DNA of 64,000 nucleotides from an uncultured Thermoleophilia bacterium (lineage in GTDB: Bacteria > Actinomycetota > Thermoleophilia > UBA2241): the NCBI GenBank assembly GCA_963715985.1, contig CAVQSP010000013.1, forward strand, positions 611,795 through 675,794, given 5' to 3'. Each line of letters begins with the position of its first letter. The stretch's first letter is position 1. Both the position numbers and the translations under genes were made by a program. Shown piece by piece: positions 46,701 to 56,600 of this stretch. The notes under the pieces are model-generated. The model was not told where the DNA came from. It saw only the letters and a list, made by a program, of their open reading frames with translations, and made no database searches.

Positions 46701-47188
46701 CCGCGACGCCCGTGCGGTACGGCCTCGGCGACGCCGGCGCCGCTCTCGGCCTTCTGGCCCAGTGGGAGGCCCGGCCGCGGCCCGGAAGCGGGCCCAACTA
46801 CGTGGCCTACCTGCCCGAGGCGGTGCGCACGGCGCTGGCCGCCGGCGACGACGTGCTGGCCGGGCGGCTCGCGAGCGGTGTCGAGAGCATCCTGCCGATG
46901 CAGCGCAACGTCCTCGCGTCGTTGCAGAGCCTGGTGAGCGAGCGGGCGGGAGCACCGGAAGCGGCGGCGGCCGGCTTCGCCGACGCCGCCGCCCGCTGGT
47001 ACGACTTCGGCGTGCCCTACGAAGAGGGGCACGCCCTCTTCGGGCAGGGGCGCTGCCTGGTGGCGCTCGGCAGAGCGCCGGAGGCGGCAGCGCCCCTGGC
47101 CGCGGCCCGCGAGATCTTCGCGCGGCTCGGGGCCAGGCCGGCGCTGGCGGAGACGGACGCGGCCCTGCGGCGCGTCGCATCCGCCTGA
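43708..47188 (+). CDS. Zn-ribbon / class III cyclase / STAND ATPase / TPR protein #3 (apparent frameshifts near 43810, 44345, 45555, 46005)
   Basis: CPACH..FCMTCG, LFCDLVGFT, GDAINTAARL, GDPGIGKS, EDLHWAD; pieces in successive ORFs; GTGA overlap with #2. Confidence 0.85.
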
Positions 47189-47269
47189 CCGCCGCGACCT
47201 CGTAGCATGCTGAGCGCAACGTGGGCCGGCGGGTACGCAAGCGTCCGTTTCGGCCCCGCCGAGCCATGC

Positions 47270-47328
47270 TTGCGCCACCCAGCACTGGCGTGCTATATGA
47301 ACACTGTGTGTTCAATCTGTACAGATTG
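47270..47328 (+). promoter_or_regulatory. Promoter TTGCGC-18bp-TATATG followed by two overlapping palindromes (putative operator)
   Basis: TGAACAC-tgt-GTGTTCA (47298-47314) and perfect CAATCTGTACAGATTG (47313-47328). Confidence 0.65.
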
Positions 47329-47336
47329 GTGACGAC

Positions 47337-48566
47337 ATGTTGATCCCACGCACGCTCGAGGCCCGTCTGCAGGAGTCGGCCGGTCCGTTCCCCGTCCTGT
47401 TCCTCACGGGTCCCCGGCAGAGCGGCAAGACGACGCTCGCACGCATGGCGTTTCCCGACTACCTGTACGTCTCACTCGAGGATCCGCAGCGCAGGGCGGA
47501 GGCGCTGGAGGACCCGCGGGCGCTCCTTCGACGGGTCGCGGGGGCGCCCGGAGTGATCTTCGACGAGGCACAGCGCGCGCCGGAGCTCTTCTCCTACATC
47601 CAGGGCGTGGTGGACGAGCGACGCGGCGGACCGTTCGTGCTCACCGGGTCGCAGAACTTCCTCCTCTCGGAGAAGATCACGCAGTCGCTCGCCGGCCGCA
47701 CCGCGGTGTTCGAGCTGCTGCCGTTCTCCGTGGCCGAGCTTGTGCGACGCCCGGCCCTGGAGCCGGAGGACTTCTGCAGGGTGCGCGGCGGCGCGGGCGG
47801 CGGGGCGACTCCGACACGGCCATCGCTACCCCTCGAGGATCTCGTGTTCGTCGGGCTCTATCCCGCCATCCACGACCGCGGCGTCGACGCCGCCCAGTGG
47901 CTGCGAAGCTACGTCAGGACCTACGTTGAGCGTGACGCGCGCGCCGTCGGCGCCATCGGCGACCTCGACACGTTCTTGCGCTTCCTCGGCCTGTGTGCAG
48001 GGCGCAGTGGGCAGCTGCTGAATCTCTCGGCGCTGGGGGCCGAGGCCGGGGTGAGCCACAGCACCGCGCGCAGGTGGCTCTCCGTGTTGCGGGCGAGCTA
48101 CATCGTGACGCTCCTGGCGCCGCACCACGAGAACTTCAGCAAGCGCATCGTGAAGACGCCGAAGCTCTACTTTCTCGATACGGGTCTGCTGTGCGCCTTG
48201 CTCGGCGTGCGCGATGCCGACGACCTCTGGAACCACCCGCTGCGCGGCGCCCTGTTCGAGACGTTCGTGGTGGCCGAACTGACGAAGCTCTTCGTTCACT
48301 GCGGCGAGCGGCCCCGCCTCTTCTTCTGGCGTGACTCACACGGCACCGAGGTCGACGTGCTCGTCGATCTCGGTCGTGAGCGCGTGGCCGTCGAGGTCAA
48401 GTCCGGCCTGACGGTGGCCGCAGACGCGTTCCGCGGTCTGGAGGCCTACCAGCGGCTACGCCACGCGAGTGGGGGCGAGTCCGGAGGCAGCGTGCTGGTC
48501 TACGGCGGCGACGAGTGGTACGAGCGTCGCGGGCACGATGTGCGCCCGTGGTGGGCATGTACGTAG
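47337..48566 (+). CDS. AAA_14 ATPase with DUF4143 (PD-(D/E)XK-like) domain
   Basis: GPRQSGKTT, IFDEAQ, LTGSQ, SLAGR, KTPKLYFLDTG, FWRD..G.EVD...VEVKSG. Confidence 0.9.
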   Translation: MLIPRTLEARLQESAGPFPVLFLTGPRQSGKTTLARMAFPDYLYVSLEDPQRRAEALEDPRALLRRVAGAPGVIFDEAQRAPELFSYIQGVVDERRGGPFVLTGSQNFLLSEKITQSLAGRTAVFELLPFSVAELVRRPALEPEDFCRVRGGAGGGATPTRPSLPLEDLVFVGLYPAIHDRGVDAAQWLRSYVRTYVERDARAVGAIGDLDTFLRFLGLCAGRSGQLLNLSALGAEAGVSHSTARRWLSVLRASYIVTLLAPHHENFSKRIVKTPKLYFLDTGLLCALLGVRDADDLWNHPLRGALFETFVVAELTKLFVHCGERPRLFFWRDSHGTEVDVLVDLGRERVAVEVKSGLTVAADAFRGLEAYQRLRHASGGESGGSVLVYGGDEWYERRGHDVRPWWACT

Positions 48567-48585
48567 GCGAGGGATGGGAACCGCG

Positions 48586-51500
48586 ATGAGTGTGTGTGCC
48601 GCGTGCGGCGCCGAGAACCCGGCGCGGGCCAAGTTCTGTAACGAGTGCGGCGCCCAGCTGGCCGCCCCGCACGCCGCGGCGGATGAGCGCAAGATGGTGA
48701 CCACCCTCTTCTGCGACCTCGTCGGCTTCACGGCGATGAGCGAGGCCGCCGACCCCGAGGACGTCGACGCCCTGCTGCGCGAGTACTCGGCCCGGGCGCG
48801 TCGCGTCATCGAGTCGCACGGCGGCACCGTGGAGAAGTTCATCGGCGATGCCGTCGTCGGCGTCTTCGGCGTGCCCGCCGTGCACGAGGACGACCCGGAG
48901 CGCGCCGTGCGCGCAGCCCTGCGCCTGATCGAGGCGCTCGAAGGCATGGCGCGGCCCGACGGCAGCCCGCTCGAGGCGCGCTGCGGCGTCAACACCGGCG
49001 AGGCCCTGGTCCGCCTCGACGTCGCCCCCGGGAGCGGCGACGGCTTCCTCACCGGCGACGCCGTGAACACGGCGGCGCGGCTTCAGGCAGCCGGCCCACC
49101 CGGCGGCGTCGCCGTCGGCGCGCTGACCCACCAGCTCACGCATCGCGCCATCGTCTACCAGGATCTGCCGCCGGTCGCGGCCAAGGGCAAGGCCGAGCCG
49201 GTTCCCGCCTGGCTCGCCACCGCGCCCATGGCCCGCATGGGCGCCGATGCCGAGCGTCGGCAGCTCACTCCCCTGGTCGGTCGCGCGGCCGAGACCGCCG
49301 CGCTTCGCGCCCTTGTCGACAGCGTCATCGCGGCCCGATCATCGCGATCCGTCCTCATCGTCGGCGAGCCCGGCATCGGCAAGACCCGCCTCGTCCAGGA
49401 GCTCTTCGCCCACGTCGACGCCCTGCCCGAGATGGTCACCTGGCGACAGGGCCGCTGCCCGTCGTACGGCGAGAGCATCGCGTTCTGGGCGCTCGCCGAG
49501 ATCGTCAAGGCCCATGCCGGCATCCTCGACGGGGATGACGGTGCCGCCGCAGCCGACAAGATCTCGGCCGCCGTCCTCGACGGTCCCGATCACACCTGGA
49601 TGGTGAACCGCCTGCGGGCTCTCGTGGGTCTCGAGGCACCCCCGGCCGAGAGGGAGGAGAACTTCACGGCCTGGCTGCGCTTCTTCGAGCAGGTGGCCAA
49701 CGACGAGCCGTTCGTACTGGTGGTCGAGGACCTGCACTGGGCCGACGACGGCCTGCTCGCCTTCGTCGAGCATCTCGCGCGCCATGCCGGGGCCGCGCCG
49801 CTCCTCCTACTCGGCACGGCACGTCCCGAGCTGCTCGAGACCAATCCGACGCTCGGTGCAAACGGCGGCGGGTTGACCCGCATGTCGCTGGGCCCGCTCA
49901 CCTCGGCGGAGACGGAGCAGCTGGTGGCAGACGTGCTGGGTGATGGCGAGGCCGAGAGCCGGCAGATCGCCGACATCGTCGCGCGCTGTGCCGGCAACCC
50001 GTTCTTCGCGGAGGAGTCGGCGCGCCTGCTCGCCGACCAGCGGCCCGGGGAGCCAGTGCCTGCCTCCGTCCAAGCCGTGATCGCCGCCCGCCTTGACGCG
50101 CTGCCCGGCGAGGAGAAGACGGCCTTGGCTGATGCCGCCGTCGTCGGGGAGGTCTTCTGGGACGGCGCGCTCACGGAGCTGGGCCGGCGCGAGCGCGTCG
50201 AGGTGGATGCCGCGCTGGGCGCTCTCCACGACAAGCACCTGGTGAGACGGGCGCGCGAGTCCTCAATGGCCGGCGAGAGCGAGTTCACGTTCACGCACGC
50301 CCTGACGCGCGACGTGGCCTACGGCACGCTGCCGCGCCGGGCCCGCGCGCAGAAGCACGCGCAGACGGCCGCCTGGCTGGAAGGCCGGGCGGGCGGCCGC
50401 CTCGAGGATGTGGCCGACCTCCTCGCCCATCACAGCGCCACGGCCTTCGAGCTCGCCGAGGCCGTCGGCGACGGCGAGCTGGCCCAGCGTTGCCGCAAAC
50501 CGGCCGTCACGGCCCTCCGGCTCGCCGGCGATCGTGCCGTGCGGCTCGATGTCGAGGCGGCGGAGAGACTCCTCGCCCGGGCGGCGGGTATCTGCTCTGA
50601 CGAGGACCCGCAACGGCCCGCACTCTATGAGGAGTGGGGCAGGTCGCTGCTCCTGCGCAGTCGCTACGAAGATGCCAGAGTCGCTCTCGAGGAATCGACT
50701 CGCGGCTTCCTTGCGAGCGGACGAAGACCAGAGGCGGCGATGGCCATGATCTCGCTGGAGGTGGCGCAGTTCTTTCTGGGCGGACGGGACTGGCGCGCGG
50801 TCCTCGACGAGGCGATGCTGCTGACCGACGATGAGCCCTGTGGCCAGACTCGGGCCCACGTCCTGACCGCCATCGCCAGCGGCCGGATCGTGCTGGGCGA
50901 CTACACCGGCGGGCTCGACTGGATCAAGCGCGCCGTCGATATCTACGGCCGCTGCGGGCTGGAGGTTCCCCTTCGTCTCCAGGGGTGGCAAGCGCAGGCG
51001 GAATGCGGGCTCGGCGACCGCGGTGCGGGCGACAGGTTGCTTTCGGTGGCGCGTGCGATGAGGGAGGAGGGGCTGGGTCGTGACGCGATGGTCGCCTACT
51101 CCAACTACGGGATCTCGATGTACCCCATCGAAGGCCCTCGCGCCTACGACAGCGCGCAGGAAGGTCTCGACTTCTTGCGCGGTCGCGGCATCTCCGAGGA
51201 GGGGATCCTGGCCATGAACCGTTGCTCTGGCCTCGTATCCGCCGGGCGCTGGGACGAGGCCCGGCGCAGCATGGAGGAGTCTCGCCCCTGGCTGCAGCAG
51301 CAGGACAATCAGCTGGCGTTCTGCTTCTGGTGGGTGAATCGTGCCGAGCTCCTGACACTCACAGGAGAGGGACGGGAGGCGGTCGAATGCGCCCGCGAGG
51401 CGGACGAGCGCGCGCAGCAGTGGGACGACGTGATACGTGTCCATGGTCGTGCGACCCTCGTCACGGCGCTGGCGTGCGCTGGCGACCGGAGGCGAGCGAT

Positions 51501-51933
51501 CGAGCTACTGGCCGGGATCGCGAGTGTCCCGCACCCGAGGGGGTTCCAGGGCTACGAGGAGCTGATCCCCCAGCTGATGCGACTCGCTCTGCATTGCCGG
51601 GAGGCCGCACTGGCCGAACAGCTGATCGCGGGCATCGAGCCCGATGTGCCTCTGCTCGAGCACGTGTTGGTGACGGGACAAACCCTACTGGCGGAGGCGC
51701 GCGGTGAGCACGAAGCCGCGGCGGCCGGCTTCGCCGACGCCGCCGCCCGCTGGCACGAGTTCGGCGTGCCCTACGAAGAGGGGCACGCCCTCCTCGGGCA
51801 GGGGCGCTGCCTGGCGGCGCTCGGCAGAGCGCCGGAGGCGGCAGCGCCTCTCGCCGCGGCCCGCGAGATCTTCGCGCGGCTCGGGGCCAAGCCGGCGCTG
51901 GCGGAGGCGGACGAGTGGCTGACGCACACGTGA
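48586..51933 (+). CDS. Zn-ribbon / class III cyclase / STAND ATPase / TPR protein #4
   Basis: CAACG..FCNECG, LFCDLVGFT, GDAVNTAARL, GEPGIGKT, EDLHWAD, GNPFFAEE; alternative start 48574. Confidence 0.92.
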   Translation: MSVCAACGAENPARAKFCNECGAQLAAPHAAADERKMVTTLFCDLVGFTAMSEAADPEDVDALLREYSARARRVIESHGGTVEKFIGDAVVGVFGVPAVHEDDPERAVRAALRLIEALEGMARPDGSPLEARCGVNTGEALVRLDVAPGSGDGFLTGDAVNTAARLQAAGPPGGVAVGALTHQLTHRAIVYQDLPPVAAKGKAEPVPAWLATAPMARMGADAERRQLTPLVGRAAETAALRALVDSVIAARSSRSVLIVGEPGIGKTRLVQELFAHVDALPEMVTWRQGRCPSYGESIAFWALAEIVKAHAGILDGDDGAAAADKISAAVLDGPDHTWMVNRLRALVGLEAPPAEREENFTAWLRFFEQVANDEPFVLVVEDLHWADDGLLAFVEHLARHAGAAPLLLLGTARPELLETNPTLGANGGGLTRMSLGPLTSAETEQLVADVLGDGEAESRQIADIVARCAGNPFFAEESARLLADQRPGEPVPASVQAVIAARLDALPGEEKTALADAAVVGEVFWDGALTELGRRERVEVDAALGALHDKHLVRRARESSMAGESEFTFTHALTRDVAYGTLPRRARAQKHAQTAAWLEGRAGGRLEDVADLLAHHSATAFELAEAVGDGELAQRCRKPAVTALRLAGDRAVRLDVEAAERLLARAAGICSDEDPQRPALYEEWGRSLLLRSRYEDARVALEESTRGFLASGRRPEAAMAMISLEVAQFFLGGRDWRAVLDEAMLLTDDEPCGQTRAHVLTAIASGRIVLGDYTGGLDWIKRAVDIYGRCGLEVPLRLQGWQAQAECGLGDRGAGDRLLSVARAMREEGLGRDAMVAYSNYGISMYPIEGPRAYDSAQEGLDFLRGRGISEEGILAMNRCSGLVSAGRWDEARRSMEESRPWLQQQDNQLAFCFWWVNRAELLTLTGEGREAVECAREADERAQQWDDVIRVHGRATLVTALACAGDRRRAIELLAGIASVPHPRGFQGYEELIPQLMRLALHCREAALAEQLIAGIEPDVPLLEHVLVTGQTLLAEARGEHEAAAAGFADAAARWHEFGVPYEEGHALLGQGRCLAALGRAPEAAAPLAAAREIFARLGAKPALAEADEWLTHT

Positions 51934-52086
51934 CGACGGACCCGCCTTGTCTTCGGCGATGATGGTAGTAGCGTGTGACTCAACGCACGGCTCCGGAGGG
52001 GGGACCACAATGAATGCACGCGTGGTGGCGAGACCCGTTGAGCCCGTCTCCCGTCTCGTCGCGACTGCTGCAAGAGGGAGGAACTC

Positions 52087-53076
52087 ATGACCCCGCCAAG
52101 CGCTGCCGACCAGGCCGACTCGACCTGGCATCCTGCATCCCCATGGTCCGGCTGGGCCGAGTGGCTCGCCGGCGTCCCGCTCTTCGCCGGTCTGTCTCGC
52201 GGCCATCTGAAGCGCGTCGCCCGGCTGGCCCACCTGAGGTCGTACGCGGATGGCAAGACGCTGACGAGCGCCGGGTCTCGCGGCGACGCCTTCTTCGTCA
52301 TCCTCGAGGGCAGCGCTCATCTGGAGACGCCCGCCGGCCACACGCGCGAGCTGAAGGCCGGCGACTCGTTCGGCGAGCTCGCGCTCATCGACGGCGCCCC
52401 GCGCGCGGCCACCATCGTGGCCGTGGGCGACGTGAGCGTGGCCCGCATCGAGCGCGCGGCGTTTCTGGAGCTCATGCGCGAGGAGCCACCGATCGCGATC
52501 GGGCTCGCCCGGGGCGTGGTCGCGATCATCCGTGACCTGGAGGCGGACGCCGTGCCGGCGACGGTCGCGGGCGGTGCGGACGCCGCGGCAGCCGGGGCGG
52601 CGGATCCTCTGGAGCAGCTGACTCAGGCCAGCGGCGATCGCGCGTCGCGCAAGGCCGCAGCCGGCCTGGCGGAGGCGCTCTTGGCCGGCGTGCCCATGTT
52701 CGCTGAGCTGCCTCAGCGGCGCCTGCACAAGGTCGCCGCGGTAGCGGCGGTGAAGCGCTACCCGGCGGGCGACGTCGTCGCCCGCGCCGGCGCCCGCGGC
52801 GCCGTGTTCCACGTCATCGCTTCAGGCCGTGCAAAGGCCGTCACCCCGGACGGCCGCGAGAACGTGATGGAGCCGGGAGGATTCTTTGGCGAGCTCTCGT
52901 TGCTCGACGGCGCGCCGCGTGCGGCCACGGTGAGTGCCCTCGACGAGCTCGTGACGGTGTGCATCTCTCGCAGCGATCTCACGAAGCTGCTCAAAGAGGA
53001 ACCCAACATCGCCGTCGGCCTGTTGCGCGGCCTTGTCGCCTTGGTCAGGGACGTGGAGGCGCAAGCAGCGAGCTGA
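52087..53076 (+). CDS. Tandem cyclic nucleotide-binding domain protein
   Basis: Two CNBDs: FGELALIDGAPRAAT and FGELSLLDGAPRAAT; GGAGG RBS. Confidence 0.9.
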   Translation: MTPPSAADQADSTWHPASPWSGWAEWLAGVPLFAGLSRGHLKRVARLAHLRSYADGKTLTSAGSRGDAFFVILEGSAHLETPAGHTRELKAGDSFGELALIDGAPRAATIVAVGDVSVARIERAAFLELMREEPPIAIGLARGVVAIIRDLEADAVPATVAGGADAAAAGAADPLEQLTQASGDRASRKAAAGLAEALLAGVPMFAELPQRRLHKVAAVAAVKRYPAGDVVARAGARGAVFHVIASGRAKAVTPDGRENVMEPGGFFGELSLLDGAPRAATVSALDELVTVCISRSDLTKLLKEEPNIAVGLLRGLVALVRDVEAQAAS

Positions 53077-53144
53077 CAGCGGTGCGCGGGTCCGCGAAGA
53101 GACCGACCTGCCTCTCGCCGGGACGACTCGCTGTCCGTTTCCTA

Positions 53145-53201
53145 TCAGAAGAACCGTTACTTTTGAAACAGTTGATTTCAGAAGACCCTTGACTTTTGAA
53201 A
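53145..53201 (+). promoter_or_regulatory. AT-rich 24-bp direct repeat (33-bp period), each copy an imperfect palindrome; putative operator
   Basis: TCAGAAGAACCGTTACTTTTGAAA and TCAGAAGACCCTTGACTTTTGAAA (21/24 identical). Confidence 0.65.
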
Positions 53202-53223
53202 GCAACGGCCCGAGAGTGGCTGT

Positions 53224-54543
53224 ATGCGACGTGCTCTCACGGACAGATTGGTCGAGTGGAAGGACGCCCGGCGCCGTCAGCCTCTGCTGCTACGGGGCGC
53301 GCGGCAGGTCGGCAAGACCTGGGCGGTCACCGACTTCGCCACACGGCACATGCCCGGCCGGCTCCACGTCGTCGACTTCGAGCGTGATGTCGAAGTTCGC
53401 AGGTTCTTCGAGGGCGATCTCGACATCGATCGCATCCTCGGCGCCCTGGAGGTCACTCTGGGCCGCACCATCGAGGCCGGCCGGGACCTCTTGTTCCTCG
53501 ACGAGATCCAGGCGTGTCCGCGGGCCCTGGTCGCGCTGCGCTACTTCTTCGAGCAGCTCCCTGAGCTCCATGTCGTCGCTGCCGGCTCGCTCATCGAGTT
53601 CGCACTGAGCTCCGTCTCGTTCCCCGTAGGTCGGGTGCAGATGCTGAACCTGCATCCCTTGAGCCTGCGCGAGTTCCTGTGGGCTGTGGGCAACGATCCG
53701 GCTGCCGACGCGGTGAGCGCCGCGCCCCGCGATCTGGGTCCGGCTCTGCACGAAACGCTTCTCGGTATCCTCCGCGACTACCTGTTCGTCGGCGGCATGC
53801 CGGCCGCCGTGGCTGCGTTTGCGGAGACCGGCCGCATCTCCGAGGCCAGGATCGTCCACAACGCCCTGCTGGATGCCTACCGGGCCGACTTCGGCAAGTA
53901 CTCCCCACGCGTGGATCCCGCCTGCCTGGACGAGGTGCTGACCAGCGTGGGACGCTCCGTGGGCAGGCAGATCACCTACACCTCTCTCGCTGAAGGCTAC
54001 ACGCACCCCACCATCAGGACCGCGTTCGACGCGCTTCGCAGGGCGCGGATCGTCCACAAGATCTCAGCCGCTCGTCTCGTCGGCACGCCCCTGGGGGCGG
54101 CCGTCTCCGCACGGACGCGCAAGGCCATTCTGGTCGACCTCGGTCTCATGCACGCGCTCACCGACATGTCGGTGGATGCCGCCCTGCTGCGGCACGATCT
54201 GCTCGATGTGTACAACGGCGCTCTCGCCGAGCAGTTCGTCGGCCAGGAGCTTCTGGCGGCGACTGATCGTGACCTCTTCTACTGGTCGCGCTCGGCGAAG
54301 GGCAGCACCGCGGAGGTCGACTACCTGGTCACGCCGGGGGGCTCTGTCCGCGCGGTGGAGGTCAAGAGCGGACCCGCCGGCAGGCTGAAGAGCATGCATC
54401 TGCTGCTCGCCGAGCACCCGGAGGTCGCCCCCGGCTACGTGCTCTCCACGGCACGGTACGCCGAGCTTCCGGAGCAGGGACTGGTGTTCGCGCCGCTCTA
54501 CTTCGCGGCGGCGGTGGCCCGGGGCGTTCCGGCGGCCGGGTAG
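53224..54543 (+). CDS. AAA_14 ATPase with DUF4143 domain (second subfamily)
   Basis: GARQVGKT, FLDEIQ, AAGSL, FPVGRV, GGMPA, YWSR....AEVDYL...VEVKSG. Confidence 0.9.
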   Translation: MRRALTDRLVEWKDARRRQPLLLRGARQVGKTWAVTDFATRHMPGRLHVVDFERDVEVRRFFEGDLDIDRILGALEVTLGRTIEAGRDLLFLDEIQACPRALVALRYFFEQLPELHVVAAGSLIEFALSSVSFPVGRVQMLNLHPLSLREFLWAVGNDPAADAVSAAPRDLGPALHETLLGILRDYLFVGGMPAAVAAFAETGRISEARIVHNALLDAYRADFGKYSPRVDPACLDEVLTSVGRSVGRQITYTSLAEGYTHPTIRTAFDALRRARIVHKISAARLVGTPLGAAVSARTRKAILVDLGLMHALTDMSVDAALLRHDLLDVYNGALAEQFVGQELLAATDRDLFYWSRSAKGSTAEVDYLVTPGGSVRAVEVKSGPAGRLKSMHLLLAEHPEVAPGYVLSTARYAELPEQGLVFAPLYFAAAVARGVPAAG

Positions 54544-54557
54544 GCGCCCGCGCCGCT

Positions 54558-56485
54558 TCACGTCCCGAGTGACTGCGGCGGCCGCCATTCGGCCGCCGCC
54601 AGCCGTTCGCGAGCGGTGCGCTCGACGAGGTCGAGCGCCTCGGGCGAGCGGCGCAGCACCTCGCCGAGCTGCTGCGGCGTGAGCATCAGCACCGTGCCCG
54701 GCTCTTCGGCGAGCACCTCGGCGTTGCGCACGGCACCGTAGCCGGCGCCCCAGTCCAGCGCCGCCAGCTCGCCGACGAAGTCGCCGGCCCGAAGGATGTT
54801 CAGCGGGCGCCCGGAGCTGCGCACGCTGAAGCTCCCCTCGAGGATCACGAAGACGTCGCGGCTCGCGTCCCACTGCTCGATGAGCAGCTCGCCCGGCTCG
54901 ACGCGGCGCTCCTCGGCGCGACCGACGAGGTCGGCGACGTCGTCTCCGTCAGCGCCGCGAAGAGCGGCACCCAACGCAGGTCGGCGGCGGCAGTGCTCGG
55001 GCTCGTGGCCCAGCCGCCCACGAGGTCCGGCTCGCGACGCACGGGAGCCGGCGCGGCGTCGCCCAGGTCGAGCGCCTCGAGCGGCGTCTGCTCCAGGATG
55101 TCGAGCACGCGGTGCACGTGCGACGCAGTGGTCGTCGGGTTGAGGACGCACATGCGGATGGCGGTGCGGCCGAAGAGCCGCGTCGAGGAGACGAGCGCCT
55201 CTCCGGTCTGCTCCACGGCGGCGACCAGCGCCAGGTTGATCGCGTCCAGGCGGCGCTCGTCGGTCTCGCCGGGCGGCCGCCGTCGCAGCGCCACCACGCT
55301 CAGGTCCACCGGCGCCAGCAGTTCCAGTTCGTCGCTGGCCTGCACGCGCGCCGCCGCCTCCTGCGCCAGGTCCAGCGCGCCGTCCACGGCGGCGCGGAAC
55401 GCGTCCAGGCCAAACGTCTGGATGGACATCCACACCTTCAGGGAGCGGCAGAAGCGTGTGAGCTGCAACCCCCGGTCGGAGAAGTTGACCTCCTCCTGGG
55501 CGGAGATGTCGCGCAGGTAGTCGGGGGTGATCTCGAAGGCGCGGCGCAGGCCCTCCGGCTCGCGCACCAGGATGGCGCCGCACTCGAAGGGCTGGAAGAG
55601 CCACTTGTGGGGGTCGAGCGTGATGGAGTCGGCGCGGCCGATGCCGCGAAGCGTCTCGCGGCCGCGCTCCGTGAGCGCCGCGAAGGCGCCGTAGGCGCCG
55701 TCCACGTGCAGCCAGACGTTGTGCGCGGCGCAGGCGTCGGCGAGCTGGTCCAGCGGATCCACGGCGCCGGTGTTGGTGGCGCCGGCGTTGGCACACACGG
55801 CCAACGGCAGCCTTCCGGCGGCGCGGTCCGCCGCGATGGCCTGTTCGAGGACGTCCACGCGCAGGCGATGGCTGCGGTCCACCGGGAGCACGCGCACCTG
55901 CCCGGGGCGGAAGCCGAGAGCTCTGGCGGCCCGCGCGATGGAGGAGTGACTCTGCGACGACACGTACACCACGAGGTCGTCGCGCATCGCGCCGACGAGC
56001 CGCTCGCGCGCGCAGGCCAGCGCCGTCATGTTGGCGGCCGAGCCGCCGCTGACGAGGATGCCGGAGGCCGTCTCAGGGTAGCCCAGCCACTCGGCGAACC
56101 AGCGCAGCACCGTGAGCTCCAGCTGGCTGCCGCCGGCGCCGCCGACCCACCAGCACGCATCGAGCATAAGGGCGCTGGCGATGAGGTCGCCCATGGCGCT
56201 CGGCCAGGTGGGGAAGCCGGGGATGAAGGCCATGTAGCCGCCGGCGCCGACGTGTGCGCTGTAGGGCACGACGTCGGCGAAGACCTGCGCGAGCACGTCG
56301 TCGTACGGCCGCCCAGCTGCGGGCGGCGGCCCGTCCAAGCGAGCTCTCAATTCGGGCGCGGACACGCGCCGCAGCACGGGCTGGCTCTCGATGGAAGCGA
56401 TGGCGTCGACGAGCGCGTCCACGGTGCGGTGCCCGATGGCGCGCATCTCGTCCGGGTCGAACTGCAGCGGTCCCCCGTCAGGCAT
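54558..56485 (-). CDS. PLP-dependent group II (aromatic amino acid/glutamate-type) decarboxylase fused to C-terminal cNMP-binding domain (apparent frameshift near 54945)
   Basis: SGGSAAN, HSSIARA, GATNTGAVD, WLHVDGAYG, DPHKWL (PLP Lys); then WVPLFAAL / GDFVGELAAL...RNAEV. Confidence 0.85.
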
Positions 56486-56600
56486 GTCCCGACTTTATCG
56501 GGCGTGAGCGTGGGAGTCCACGCATCGCGTGACCCTCAAGACCTCGTCCTCCGCCATCCTTCAAAGTAGAGTAGTGGTGCATCCGGACCGGGAGGGCCGA

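Noticed and set aside
40092-51920. Shared 3' repeats as DGR template/variable repeats
   Set aside because: No reverse transcriptase in the window, differences are not adenine-specific and all copies are coding
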